Of a stretch of 62,223 nt of DNA, positions 44,901 through 53,201 are shown in pieces (positions within the stretch are counted from its first letter, which is position 1; each line of letters starts with the position of its first letter). Origin of the DNA: a virus (taxonomy: Duplodnaviria > Caudoviricetes); the IMG/VR virus record IMGVR_UViG_3300009507_002699, positions 1-62,223 of that record. One strand, 5' to 3'. The notes under the pieces are model-generated. The model did not search any database and was not told the origin of the DNA. It was given only the letters and a program-made list of their open reading frames with translations. A program made the translations under genes and the position numbers.

Positions 44901-45588
44901 TACCATGGACAATAATAGGCATGCATTATGGCGTGTACTTGATAAGCATACAGGAAGTGCATTTGTAAAACCATTAGAAATATTAGACAAGCATGAAATA
45001 GAATATGACAAAGATGTAATGAGTCGTGGGCAGTTAAAAAGTAAAAAATGGTTAGTTGACGAACTTAGTAATTTAAATCTATCACTAGGTACAATATTCT
45101 TGTGTGCTGGTTGGTATGCTAGTATTGTTCCATTAATGCAAGAAGCAAAATTAGACTTTGAAAAAATACGCAGTTTTGATATTGATCCTGATGTATGGAA
45201 AATTGCAGAAACGTTTAATGCTGATCTAGTTAATGAAGGCTGGCAGTTTAAAGCAAGTACGCAAGATATTATGCATATTGATTATGTTGAACACAACTAT
45301 AACACAGAAAAATTAGACGGTGCAATAATACCGTTAACTGATATGCCACACACTATTGTTAATACAAGTTGTGAACATATTCCTAACTTTACTGATTGGT
45401 ATAATTTATTACCAGAAGGTAGATTAATTATACTACAAAGTAACAATTATTTTGAAATTGAAGAACATGTTAATTGTTCTAATAGTTTAGAAGAGTTTAG
45501 TGCTAGTGCGCCGATGCAAAAAGTATTATACGAAGGTGAACTTGATCTAGGAAAATACACGAGGTATATGAAAATTGGACATAAGTAA
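41941..45588 (+). CDS. multidomain protein: two glycosyltransferase-like (DGD) domains, 23-aa repeat array, class I SAM methyltransferase-like domain
   Basis: Start at ATG 41941. Duplicated SYDE.NA.EN...HGV.G...AH...DGD...YG.GG.K...WR..FRE..K domain, then repeats, then C-terminal IFLCAGWY, RSFDIDP and VNTSCEH. Confidence 0.75.
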   Translation: MKQFKVLDYDIIYLSYDEPNAEENYSNLLTKVPWAKRVHGVEGSDAAHKACAKIAETDRFITIDGDNQIDEQFLNQTINFQDGVDLSRHVVSWTADNIINGLRYGNGGIKCWDRETVLKMKTHENADPGNVAAGIDFCWDLEYIQINSLMSTVYNNATPQQAWRAGFREGVKMSLIEGVKPSKTELIGNHWKNLERLYIWCMTGADVENGLWAVYGAREGLYKTMCTDWDYVNVRDFEYLNKLWKDKVQDESDLIEAIKDYGERLKEQLDIPIAVTPLDAQQSKFFKSTYRNPPRPEHPYIRTSTTQFNSFSSQFKTYTPEQAPVTKEYDIVMISYDEANADENFNKLKTRFPRAQRIHGVKGIHQAHIAAANICSTEMFWIVDGDAVIEDEFNFDYVADDNRAVHVWRSKNPINDLVYGYGGVKLFPTQMTRDMDTSRPDMTTSISDRFKKMEKISCVTGFNSSEFSTWRSAFRECAKLSSKVIDRQKEDETNERLRIWTTMGKDRPFGEHAIKGAIAGREFGLSDGADLRLINDFNWLYEQFVENTDTTEEWQELYKQDDKTQISTPVDIAPVEIQTNTEWKQTDPVEIQADTEWKQTVPFKQDDPLPPRDTFIVDLLDRFEILYGDKVSNLRRFYNDGHMLDILRIIGNDDLRRFVEERNYHSLFRYLESKGIEIEDERKMYIEKNVHSLFRLLGEEHEDLRKAVVEDNVHSLFRLVGDEHEELRKAVAEENLHSLFRLLGDEYEDLRKIVTEDNVHSLFRLLGEEHEELRKTVVEENLHSLFRLLGDEYEDLRKVVIEENLHSLFRILGPNHDNLRTAMLDKNLHGLFRLLGPQHEDMRKAMVEKNFHGLFRLLGKDHEDLRKATTEKNLHSLFRLVGDGHEDLRKAIVEKNFHGLFRLLGEGYEDLRKVMTEKNVHSLFRLIEQTDTTDDLRKALVESNEMSLFRLIEGKDTIVEDVKKAGFFKNIWSLKRIEPDVTDEVNLTMDNNRHALWRVLDKHTGSAFVKPLEILDKHEIEYDKDVMSRGQLKSKKWLVDELSNLNLSLGTIFLCAGWYASIVPLMQEAKLDFEKIRSFDIDPDVWKIAETFNADLVNEGWQFKASTQDIMHIDYVEHNYNTEKLDGAIIPLTDMPHTIVNTSCEHIPNFTDWYNLLPEGRLIILQSNNYFEIEEHVNCSNSLEEFSASAPMQKVLYEGELDLGKYTRYMKIGHK
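43660..43740 (+). repeat. 42-bp tandem duplication (PVEIQ.. TEWKQT x2)
   Basis: cctgttgaaatacaa...acagaatggaaacaaac starts at 43660 and again at 43702. Confidence 0.85.
43999..44760 (+). repeat. 69-bp (23-aa) coding tandem repeat: 10 regular units plus degenerate flanking units
   Basis: Consensus E[KED]N[LVF]H[SG]LFRLLG.E[HY]EDLRK... Units start at 43999 in steps of 69 bp up to 44689. Confidence 0.92.
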
Positions 45589-45799
45589 ACTAACATTGAG
45601 GCAGTTGCAAACTGAAAGTGCTAGAGCATTAAGCACTATGGAAGCAACTAATAATAACATATATCAGTTTAACAAACAAGCACATCATAACAGTCAAAAT
45701 TGGTATGTTGCTGTAATTGATTGGTACGTAAATCAATATGGAGATTTACCTAGCCGTGCAGGTCCCGGCAAGGATATTAAATTGGTATACGATGTATAG
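45575..45799 (+). CDS. small hypothetical protein
   Basis: 74 aa, overlapping both neighbours, just before the first radical SAM gene. Confidence 0.6.
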   Translation: MDISKLTLRQLQTESARALSTMEATNNNIYQFNKQAHHNSQNWYVAVIDWYVNQYGDLPSRAGPGKDIKLVYDV

Positions 45800-46874
45800 A
45801 TACGAAGACATAAGAGAAGTACATTTAGAAGTTACACAGAAATGCCAAGCGGCATGTCCTATGTGCGATCGTAATATGAATGGCGGCGCTGATAATCCGC
45901 ATATTACAAATGCTGAACTAAGTTTAGCAGATGCAAAACGTATGTTTAGTCCTGACTTTATTAAGCAATTAAATGTAATGTACATGTGTGGTAACTTGGG
46001 TGATCCTATTGTTGCAAAAGATACACTAGAAATATTTGAATATTTTAGAGAACACAATGATAAAATGTGGCTTAGTATGAATACAAATGCTGGAGCAAAA
46101 GATATCTACTGGTGGGCGAAACTTGCAGAAGTTATAGGGCGCAGAGGCGCAGTAATTTTTAGTGTTGACGGACTACGAGATACTAATCATCTATATAGAC
46201 AAAATGTAGTATGGGATAATGTAGAAAGAAATATGCAAGCGTTTATTGAAGCAGGCGGTAGAGCCCGATGGGACTTCTTAATTTTTGCACACAATGAACA
46301 TCAAGTTGAAGAAGCAGAAGCACTTGCTAATCAATGGGGGTGTGAAAAGTTTATTAAGAAAAAATCAGGTAGATTTATTACAAGTGATATTAAACCTAAA
46401 ACATCTCATCAAGCAGTAAACCGCAAAGGTGCAGAAACACAAAATTTAGCACAGCCTAAAGATGAAAAGAATAAAAATCTAGCATTACTAAAACAAAAAG
46501 AGATTGAAAAGTCTTATGGTAGTATGAAAGAGTATTTAGATAAGTGTTCAATAAATTGTAAAGTTGCAAAGCAAGGAAGTATCTTTGTAACAGCAGAAGG
46601 ACTTTTAATGCCATGTTGTTGGACTGCTGGACGTATGTACAAATGGTGGCATGAAGATCCGCGTGTAGAACAAGTATGGGATCATATCGATAATGCTGGT
46701 GGAAAGCAAGGCATAAGTATTATTGACAACGATATAAAATACGTAGTTAATGGAAGATTGATAGATAGTATTACTTCAAGTTGGCAAAAAGATAGTATTG
46801 CTAACGGTAAACTTGGTGTCTGCGCTCAAAAGTGTGGTAGTGAGTTTGATCCTTATGCGGAGCAGTTTAAATAA
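45792..46874 (+). CDS. radical SAM protein with C-terminal twitch/SPASM-like domain (type A)
   Basis: Start at ATG 45792. CQAACPMC, GNLGDP, FSVDG, C-terminal C...MPCC...CAQKC. Confidence 0.9.
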   Translation: MYRYEDIREVHLEVTQKCQAACPMCDRNMNGGADNPHITNAELSLADAKRMFSPDFIKQLNVMYMCGNLGDPIVAKDTLEIFEYFREHNDKMWLSMNTNAGAKDIYWWAKLAEVIGRRGAVIFSVDGLRDTNHLYRQNVVWDNVERNMQAFIEAGGRARWDFLIFAHNEHQVEEAEALANQWGCEKFIKKKSGRFITSDIKPKTSHQAVNRKGAETQNLAQPKDEKNKNLALLKQKEIEKSYGSMKEYLDKCSINCKVAKQGSIFVTAEGLLMPCCWTAGRMYKWWHEDPRVEQVWDHIDNAGGKQGISIIDNDIKYVVNGRLIDSITSSWQKDSIANGKLGVCAQKCGSEFDPYAEQFK

Positions 46875-47963
46875 ATGGATATTACACAGTTAAAAAAAGT
46901 AGAGTTAGAAATTACAAGTAATTGTAATGCGGCATGTCCAGGGTGTGCTAGAACAATAGCAGTTGCTAACGGTTCACTTGAGCCCCAAGGTGAAGATTTT
47001 ACACTTGATGATTTAAAAAGAATGTTTCCTCCTGGAAATTATACTGGTGTTGAATTTAAGTTCTGTGGAGTATTAGGTGACCCTGCAATACATCCGCAGT
47101 TTGCTGATATGTTAGAATACCTTTTAGAAAATGAAGGTATGTGTAGTATTAGTACTAATGGTGCTGTTGGCACAGCAGATATGTGGCGTAGATTAGGAGC
47201 ATTGTGCAAAAAATATCAAAAAAGATTTCATTTACACTGGTGTATAGACGGACACAAAGAAACTAATCATATCTATAGAGTAAACACAGTATGGAAGGTT
47301 CTTGAAAGAAATATGAATGCTTTTGTTGAAACTGTAGGCGAGTATACATATCGTGCAAAATGGGTGTATATTGTTTTTGATCACAATGAGCATGAAGTTG
47401 ACGCGGCTAGACAACACGCTGAACGTTTAGGATTTAATTTTGCAACTCGCACAGGAATGCGTAATAGTTTTCATCAATGGACTGCTCAAATTAAAAAGAA
47501 AGATCATGAAAAGAAAAAAGTTGTAACAACAACAAAGGTTATTACTACTACCGGCAAAAAAGAACACAGTAAGGTAGAACAAGTAAAAGAACTTGATAAG
47601 TTTATTGCTAACGAAAATAAAACAAAAGAAGAAACATTTAAAATTGTAAATTCAATACAATGCAAATATGTACATGAAGCAGAAATTTTTATAAGTGCTG
47701 ATCAAACCATGTGGCCTTGTTGCTTTCTTGCAGATTGGGGCAGAAAGAATAATGATAATATATTAGATAAACTTGCTGAATATGGTACTGGTTGGAATAG
47801 TCTTAAAGACAAAAGTGTTACTGAGATTATGCAACATCCTTGGTTTGAAAAAATTCTAGCAGATAGTTGGGATCCAAGTCATCCAAAACATTTAAAAAGA
47901 TGTATTAGAACTTGTGCGTATAACAAAGCCTATCATAACGAATTAATAGACGAGACAAAATGA
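46875..47963 (+). CDS. radical SAM protein (type A)
   Basis: CNAACPGC, GVLGDP, STNG, WPCC...CIRTC. Confidence 0.9.
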   Translation: MDITQLKKVELEITSNCNAACPGCARTIAVANGSLEPQGEDFTLDDLKRMFPPGNYTGVEFKFCGVLGDPAIHPQFADMLEYLLENEGMCSISTNGAVGTADMWRRLGALCKKYQKRFHLHWCIDGHKETNHIYRVNTVWKVLERNMNAFVETVGEYTYRAKWVYIVFDHNEHEVDAARQHAERLGFNFATRTGMRNSFHQWTAQIKKKDHEKKKVVTTTKVITTTGKKEHSKVEQVKELDKFIANENKTKEETFKIVNSIQCKYVHEAEIFISADQTMWPCCFLADWGRKNNDNILDKLAEYGTGWNSLKDKSVTEIMQHPWFEKILADSWDPSHPKHLKRCIRTCAYNKAYHNELIDETK

Positions 47964-48916
47964 GTTGGTCTAGCGAAACATTAGAATGGATAGACATTGA
48001 ACTAACTAGTTTTTGTAATATCAAATGCAAAGGCTGTTTTCGTGTACTGTCAGATTACAAAGATGACATACTTAATAAAACATATCTTGACTTAGATACT
48101 ATAAAAGAAAAGTTCCAAAAAGATATGTTTCCAAATATGAAGATTATTAATTTTTGCGGTAGTGTAGACGAGCCATGTAGTCATCCTGAGTTTCATGAAA
48201 TTATTAAACACTTTGCTAGTTGGGGATGTCATATTAATGTTGCTACTAATGGAAGTTTACGCACTACAAGTTGGTGGGAAAAACTAGCAAAAGAATTAAC
48301 ATGTAGTCATAGAGTGACTTGGGGTATAGACGGAAGTGATGAACTATCAGAAGTATACAGAGAAGGTTCAAGTTTTAAAAAAGTACAACAAAATTATAGA
48401 GCATTTATTGCCGCCGGCGGACAAAGTGTTTGGCAATTTATTAGTTTTGAACATAACGAGCATCAATTAGAAACAGCAAAGCAAATGGCCAAAGACGAGG
48501 GCTTTAGAGACTTCAAAACTATTATTAGTCATCGTAAAGATACTAAAACTATTAAGCATAAAAAAGCAAAAGCAGATCCTAATCCTGGAGAACGTGCATG
48601 TATCAGTTGTAAGTATGCAAATCAAAAACGTATTTTTGTAAATCATATGGGTAATGTAATTCCTTGTTGTCATTTGAATAGTAAAATGTTAGAATTTCCT
48701 GTAAGTGGTAAACACAAAGATAGATTTGAAGATATACTTGTTGAAAATGATTATATGAATGATATCAATCTAAAAAATGTTACATTAGATCAAGCAATGA
48801 ATAGCAAAGTGTGGCAAAGAATAAAAGATAGTTGGACTGATGATGTGCGTATACCTAAATGCGAAAGCACCTGTGCGGAAAAAATACGAGATAAATTTCT
48901 TAAGGAGAAGTTATGA
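47960..48916 (+). CDS. radical SAM protein (type A)
   Basis: CNIKCKGC, GSVDEP, ATNG, IPCC...CESTC. Confidence 0.9.
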   Translation: MSWSSETLEWIDIELTSFCNIKCKGCFRVLSDYKDDILNKTYLDLDTIKEKFQKDMFPNMKIINFCGSVDEPCSHPEFHEIIKHFASWGCHINVATNGSLRTTSWWEKLAKELTCSHRVTWGIDGSDELSEVYREGSSFKKVQQNYRAFIAAGGQSVWQFISFEHNEHQLETAKQMAKDEGFRDFKTIISHRKDTKTIKHKKAKADPNPGERACISCKYANQKRIFVNHMGNVIPCCHLNSKMLEFPVSGKHKDRFEDILVENDYMNDINLKNVTLDQAMNSKVWQRIKDSWTDDVRIPKCESTCAEKIRDKFLKEKL

Positions 48917-49572
48917 TTGTAAAAAACTCCCAGCAAGATATTATTATAGAAGAAGATGAAACAGTTAAAACTATAGGACTAAAAATTTCTGGTGGCGCCG
49001 ATAGTGCTATTGTTGCCTATATGTTATCAAAGTTTGTTGTAGAGGAACGTCCTCTTATTAAGATTTTGCCTATTACAACTACACTTGAAGAAAAACCATA
49101 TCAATTAAAATATGCCAAGCGTGTGGTAGAATTTTTAAAAAACAAGTTTGGCAATATATTTTTAGAACATCAAACTAATCATGCAGAGAACAGCACAGTA
49201 TATGTTTCAAAACAAGGTGAGTTAGTACAAGATTTAAGAACTACATACGATCTGAAAATTTTATATAGTGGTATTACTGCTAACCCACCTAAAGAAATAT
49301 ACAAACAATGGTTACCACACACAGGTCCTGTAGATAATAGAGATGGAAAAATATTTCCTACAATACGAGGAACTTCAAGGTTACCTTTAGTAAATATTGA
49401 TAAAAAAGGTGTTGCAGAACTTTATAATACACTAGGAGTTATGGATACATTATTTCCAATAACTCGTAGTTGTGAAGCATTAGCAAAAGATGAAGAGTAC
49501 CATATTGAAAAACATTGCGAAACATGTTGGTGGTGTCGAGAACGGTACTACGGATTTGGAAGATATAAATGA
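48913..49572 (+). CDS. QueC-like PP-loop ATPase
   Basis: ISGGADSA PP-loop, PLVNIDK, TRSC...HCETCWWCRER Zn-binding motif. Confidence 0.75.
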   Translation: MIVKNSQQDIIIEEDETVKTIGLKISGGADSAIVAYMLSKFVVEERPLIKILPITTTLEEKPYQLKYAKRVVEFLKNKFGNIFLEHQTNHAENSTVYVSKQGELVQDLRTTYDLKILYSGITANPPKEIYKQWLPHTGPVDNRDGKIFPTIRGTSRLPLVNIDKKGVAELYNTLGVMDTLFPITRSCEALAKDEEYHIEKHCETCWWCRERYYGFGRYK

Positions 49573-50609
49573 GTTGGCCAGCCAGTATAACCCAAATCAA
49601 AAAACTACAAATGGAAATAAGCAATTATTGTAATGCTAGATGTCCCGCTTGTGCTAGAGAAAAAAGCATAACTAACGATAATAAAAAGCATATTGGAATA
49701 AATGATACTTACGTAAGTTTAGAACAGTTTAAAAATTGGCTAGGCAACGACAGTTGGGATAGTTTGCGTTTAATTGATTTTTGTGGCAATTATGATGAAC
49801 CTACAACGAATCCAGACTTACTTGAAATCATAGAATGGATATTTACTTCTAAATTATTTAATGAGAATTTACAAGTTAACATTGCAACAAATGGCGGAAC
49901 ACGAGATAAAAAGTTTTGGTTAGAACTAGGAAAATTAAGTTCTGCTTACAAATTTACAAATACAGAGTATGATTATCTAAGTAGAATAAATGTCATTTGG
50001 GGCATAGATGGACTAGAAGACACAAATCATTTATATCGTATAAATGTAGACTGGAATAAACTACAAGAAAATTTTCGTACATACATATCAGCAGGTGGTA
50101 GAGCAAGTTGGCAATTCATATATTTTAAACATAATGAACATCAAGATGAGTTAGCAAAACAACGAAGTATTGACGAAGGGTTTGAACGTATAAAATTTAG
50201 AGGTACAAAATCTAGAGAACATAAAGTTGTAACACCAGGCACAGGCAAATACGAACTTGATACACAAAAAACTGTAAAAAAAATTGTGTGCAAAGCATTG
50301 CTTAGACCAAATTATCGTGGATTAGACTCAGGTCTTTATGTTACTGTTAAAGGACAAGTTCTTCCGTGTTGTTGGTGGGGAACTGAAGTACATCTAAATG
50401 ATCTTGACAAAAGTTACAATCTAAGTTATAATATAGATAACATAAATTTAAATAGTGGAAATAGTTTCCAGGAGATTCTAGACTCGCCTTGGTATAGTAA
50501 TCTACACGATACAATACAAACAGAAATATTTGATAAGTGTGTACACCATTGTAAAGACAATATTATAAGCACAATCAATAATCAGATGAACACAGGAACC
50601 TTAAAATAA
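49569..50609 (+). CDS. radical SAM protein (type A)
   Basis: CNARCPAC, GNYDEP, ATNGG, LPCC...CVHHC. Confidence 0.9.
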   Translation: MSWPASITQIKKLQMEISNYCNARCPACAREKSITNDNKKHIGINDTYVSLEQFKNWLGNDSWDSLRLIDFCGNYDEPTTNPDLLEIIEWIFTSKLFNENLQVNIATNGGTRDKKFWLELGKLSSAYKFTNTEYDYLSRINVIWGIDGLEDTNHLYRINVDWNKLQENFRTYISAGGRASWQFIYFKHNEHQDELAKQRSIDEGFERIKFRGTKSREHKVVTPGTGKYELDTQKTVKKIVCKALLRPNYRGLDSGLYVTVKGQVLPCCWWGTEVHLNDLDKSYNLSYNIDNINLNSGNSFQEILDSPWYSNLHDTIQTEIFDKCVHHCKDNIISTINNQMNTGTLK

Positions 50610-50620
50610 GTAGTTATATA

Positions 50621-52036
50621 ATGACAGATAAAGCAAATAAATACCCCTCAGAAACGTTCTGCTTATTGCCTTGGGTACATCTAAGTACCCGTCCTGACGG
50701 TAGTATGCGAGTATGTTGTACAGCAAACGCAAGTAGCGTAGGTCCTACTAATGACAAAGAGCATGGCGGACAAGTTGGCATTTTAAAAGACGAACAAGGA
50801 AGACCTAACAACTTAAATGTTAGTGATTTTGAAACAGCATGGAATAGTACCTATATGCGTAATGTGCGTAAACAAATGCTTAACGGAGAACAACCTCCTA
50901 GTTGTATTAAGTGCTACAAAGAAGAAGCCGCAGGACATAATTCAAAGCGTATGTGGGAAACACACTATTGGAGCCAGCGTGTTGATCTAGATAAAATTAT
51001 TGCAGACACAAAAGCAGACGGCAGTGTTCCTCCGCAGTTAGCATATATTGATTTACGTTTTGGTACTAAGTGTCAACTTGCTTGTGTTATGTGTAGTCCA
51101 CATGATTCAAGTGGATGGATCAAAGACTACAAAGCAATTTTTCCAGCAGTACAGGATGAAAGTCTTAAAGAAACAATGCAATGGAAAGATAAAGGAAGTT
51201 TTAACGGCAGTAGTTACAATTGGCACAAACAAAATCCTACATTTTGGACACAGTTTTATGAACAGATGCCTAGTATGCAACAAATTTATTTTGCAGGCGG
51301 TGAAAGTCTTATTATTGAAGAACACTACGAAATACTTGAACATGCAATTAAAATGGGTTATGCTAAAGATTTAGAACTACGTTATAATTCAAATGGTGTT
51401 GAATGGCGTGAAGACCTGTTTGACTTATGGAAAGAATTTAAATTAGTACGTTTTCATTATTCAATAGACAGCATTAAAGAAATGAATGATTATATTCGTT
51501 ATCCTAGTACATGGAGTAGACAAGAAGAAGTATTCCACATACTTGATAATGACACACCTAACAACACAGAAGTTACAGTTGCATGTGCAGTGCAGGCTCT
51601 GAACATTTATTACTTACCAGACTTTATACAATGGAAATTAGAACAAAACTTTAAGAAAATTAATATGTGGCCATTTGGCGCAGGTGCTATTAACTATCAC
51701 TTTGTATACCATCCCCCGCATCTTAATGTTAAAATTTTACCTAAATGGTTTAAAGAAAAGTGTCGAGAAAAATACGAAGCATGGTATCCGTGGTGGGAAG
51801 CAAATTGGGAAAAGGGTGTTCCAAGTTGGCACAAAGGCAAAGTTGATTATGATACATGGCGTAATGCTAGTTATGGTATTAGCAGATTAAATGGTATGCT
51901 ACAGTTTATGGAAAGCGAAGACTGGAGCAGACGTTTACCCGAAATGAAAGAATTTTTAGATCTTTGTGATAAGCAACGTGGCATTACGTTTGCAGAAACG
52001 TTTCCAGAGATGAAGGACATATTTAATGATATCTAA
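50621..52036 (+). CDS. radical SAM protein with N-terminal twitch domain (type B)
   Basis: N-terminal FCLLPWVH...VCC...CIKC, then CQLACVMC, AGGES and HYSID. Confidence 0.9.
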   Translation: MTDKANKYPSETFCLLPWVHLSTRPDGSMRVCCTANASSVGPTNDKEHGGQVGILKDEQGRPNNLNVSDFETAWNSTYMRNVRKQMLNGEQPPSCIKCYKEEAAGHNSKRMWETHYWSQRVDLDKIIADTKADGSVPPQLAYIDLRFGTKCQLACVMCSPHDSSGWIKDYKAIFPAVQDESLKETMQWKDKGSFNGSSYNWHKQNPTFWTQFYEQMPSMQQIYFAGGESLIIEEHYEILEHAIKMGYAKDLELRYNSNGVEWREDLFDLWKEFKLVRFHYSIDSIKEMNDYIRYPSTWSRQEEVFHILDNDTPNNTEVTVACAVQALNIYYLPDFIQWKLEQNFKKINMWPFGAGAINYHFVYHPPHLNVKILPKWFKEKCREKYEAWYPWWEANWEKGVPSWHKGKVDYDTWRNASYGISRLNGMLQFMESEDWSRRLPEMKEFLDLCDKQRGITFAETFPEMKDIFNDI

Positions 52037-53201
52037 GACGTATTGTCCATTGTTGTATATGCATCAATTCATTTCGTCAACAGGATATCCTACACCTTGT
52101 TGCCACGGATATGAAGAGGGAAAATCAGCATGGGAATTGGCAAAGTTTGAAAAGGGCATTACAACAGGTAGATACAATGTTATGCGTGAACAAATGAAGC
52201 ACGGTCATTGGCCTAGTTTTTGTAATAAGTGCAAAATTCAAGAAGAAAGAGGTACTATAAGTCATAGACAAATAGCACTTGAAAGGTTTGGATACACAGA
52301 AGAAGTAAAAATCAAATATCTTGACATTGCATATAGCAATAAATGTAATCTTGCATGTAGAATGTGTAAGCCATCAGATAGTGATAAGTTAGAAGAATTA
52401 TATAGAGGTCAAAAAGAACGTCCATCATGGATTGCCGGTAATTATAGAGATACTAATTATTATTCAGAAGAAAAAGTAGAATGGACTAAGCATCTTATTA
52501 AAGACGGACTTGAATTATTAAAAGTTACAGGTGGAGAGCCTACGGCTTGCAAATATTTTATGGGATTAGTAGAATGGATGATTGATAATAATTATGCTAG
52601 TAACATGGAATTACAACTTACAACTAATGGAACAAAGTTTAATAAACCATTAATTGAAAAACTATTAAAATTTAAGAAGGTAAAACTATTATTAAGTATA
52701 GACGGTACAGGAAAAGTATACGATTATATAAGGCATCATGCTTCATGGGAAAAAACTTACAGTAATCTTAAACTATTAACAGAAGAAACACAGTTTCAAT
52801 TACAAGTTGCATTAGTCGCATCTTTTTATAATGTTACAAATATTTTAAGTTTAATTGAAGAATGTAAAAAAATAGGAATAAGTGTATATACTGACCAAGA
52901 TTTAAAGCCTGAAAATTCTGAAATATCTCCACTTAATATCGATAGTAACATTAGAAATATATTGATTAAGCAAGCAGATATACTAGAAAAAGAGTACAAT
53001 TCTAAATCTATAGTAGATTATCATGCTAGACAGAGTGCAAAAGCATTACGTAATATTGCAACAAGTAATCCAGTAGAACCTCAGCGGAAACTTAGATTGC
53101 TACAAACGATACAAATACAAGATAAATTATACAAAACTAACTACAAAGATTTCCTACAAAAAGAACAAATAGAATATTTAGAAGGAGTACATAATGGATA
53201 A
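52026..53201 (+). CDS. radical SAM protein (type B)
   Basis: YCPLLYMH...PCC...CNKC, then CNLACRMC, TGGEP, TTNGT and LSIDG. Confidence 0.9.
   Translation: MISKTYCPLLYMHQFISSTGYPTPCCHGYEEGKSAWELAKFEKGITTGRYNVMREQMKHGHWPSFCNKCKIQEERGTISHRQIALERFGYTEEVKIKYLDIAYSNKCNLACRMCKPSDSDKLEELYRGQKERPSWIAGNYRDTNYYSEEKVEWTKHLIKDGLELLKVTGGEPTACKYFMGLVEWMIDNNYASNMELQLTTNGTKFNKPLIEKLLKFKKVKLLLSIDGTGKVYDYIRHHASWEKTYSNLKLLTEETQFQLQVALVASFYNVTNILSLIEECKKIGISVYTDQDLKPENSEISPLNIDSNIRNILIKQADILEKEYNSKSIVDYHARQSAKALRNIATSNPVEPQRKLRLLQTIQIQDKLYKTNYKDFLQKEQIEYLEGVHNG

Noticed and set aside
48913-49572. Calling this gene queC of a 7-deazaguanine DNA modification pathway
   Set aside because: The motifs are QueC-like but partner genes are not visible in the window, so the gene symbol was withheld.
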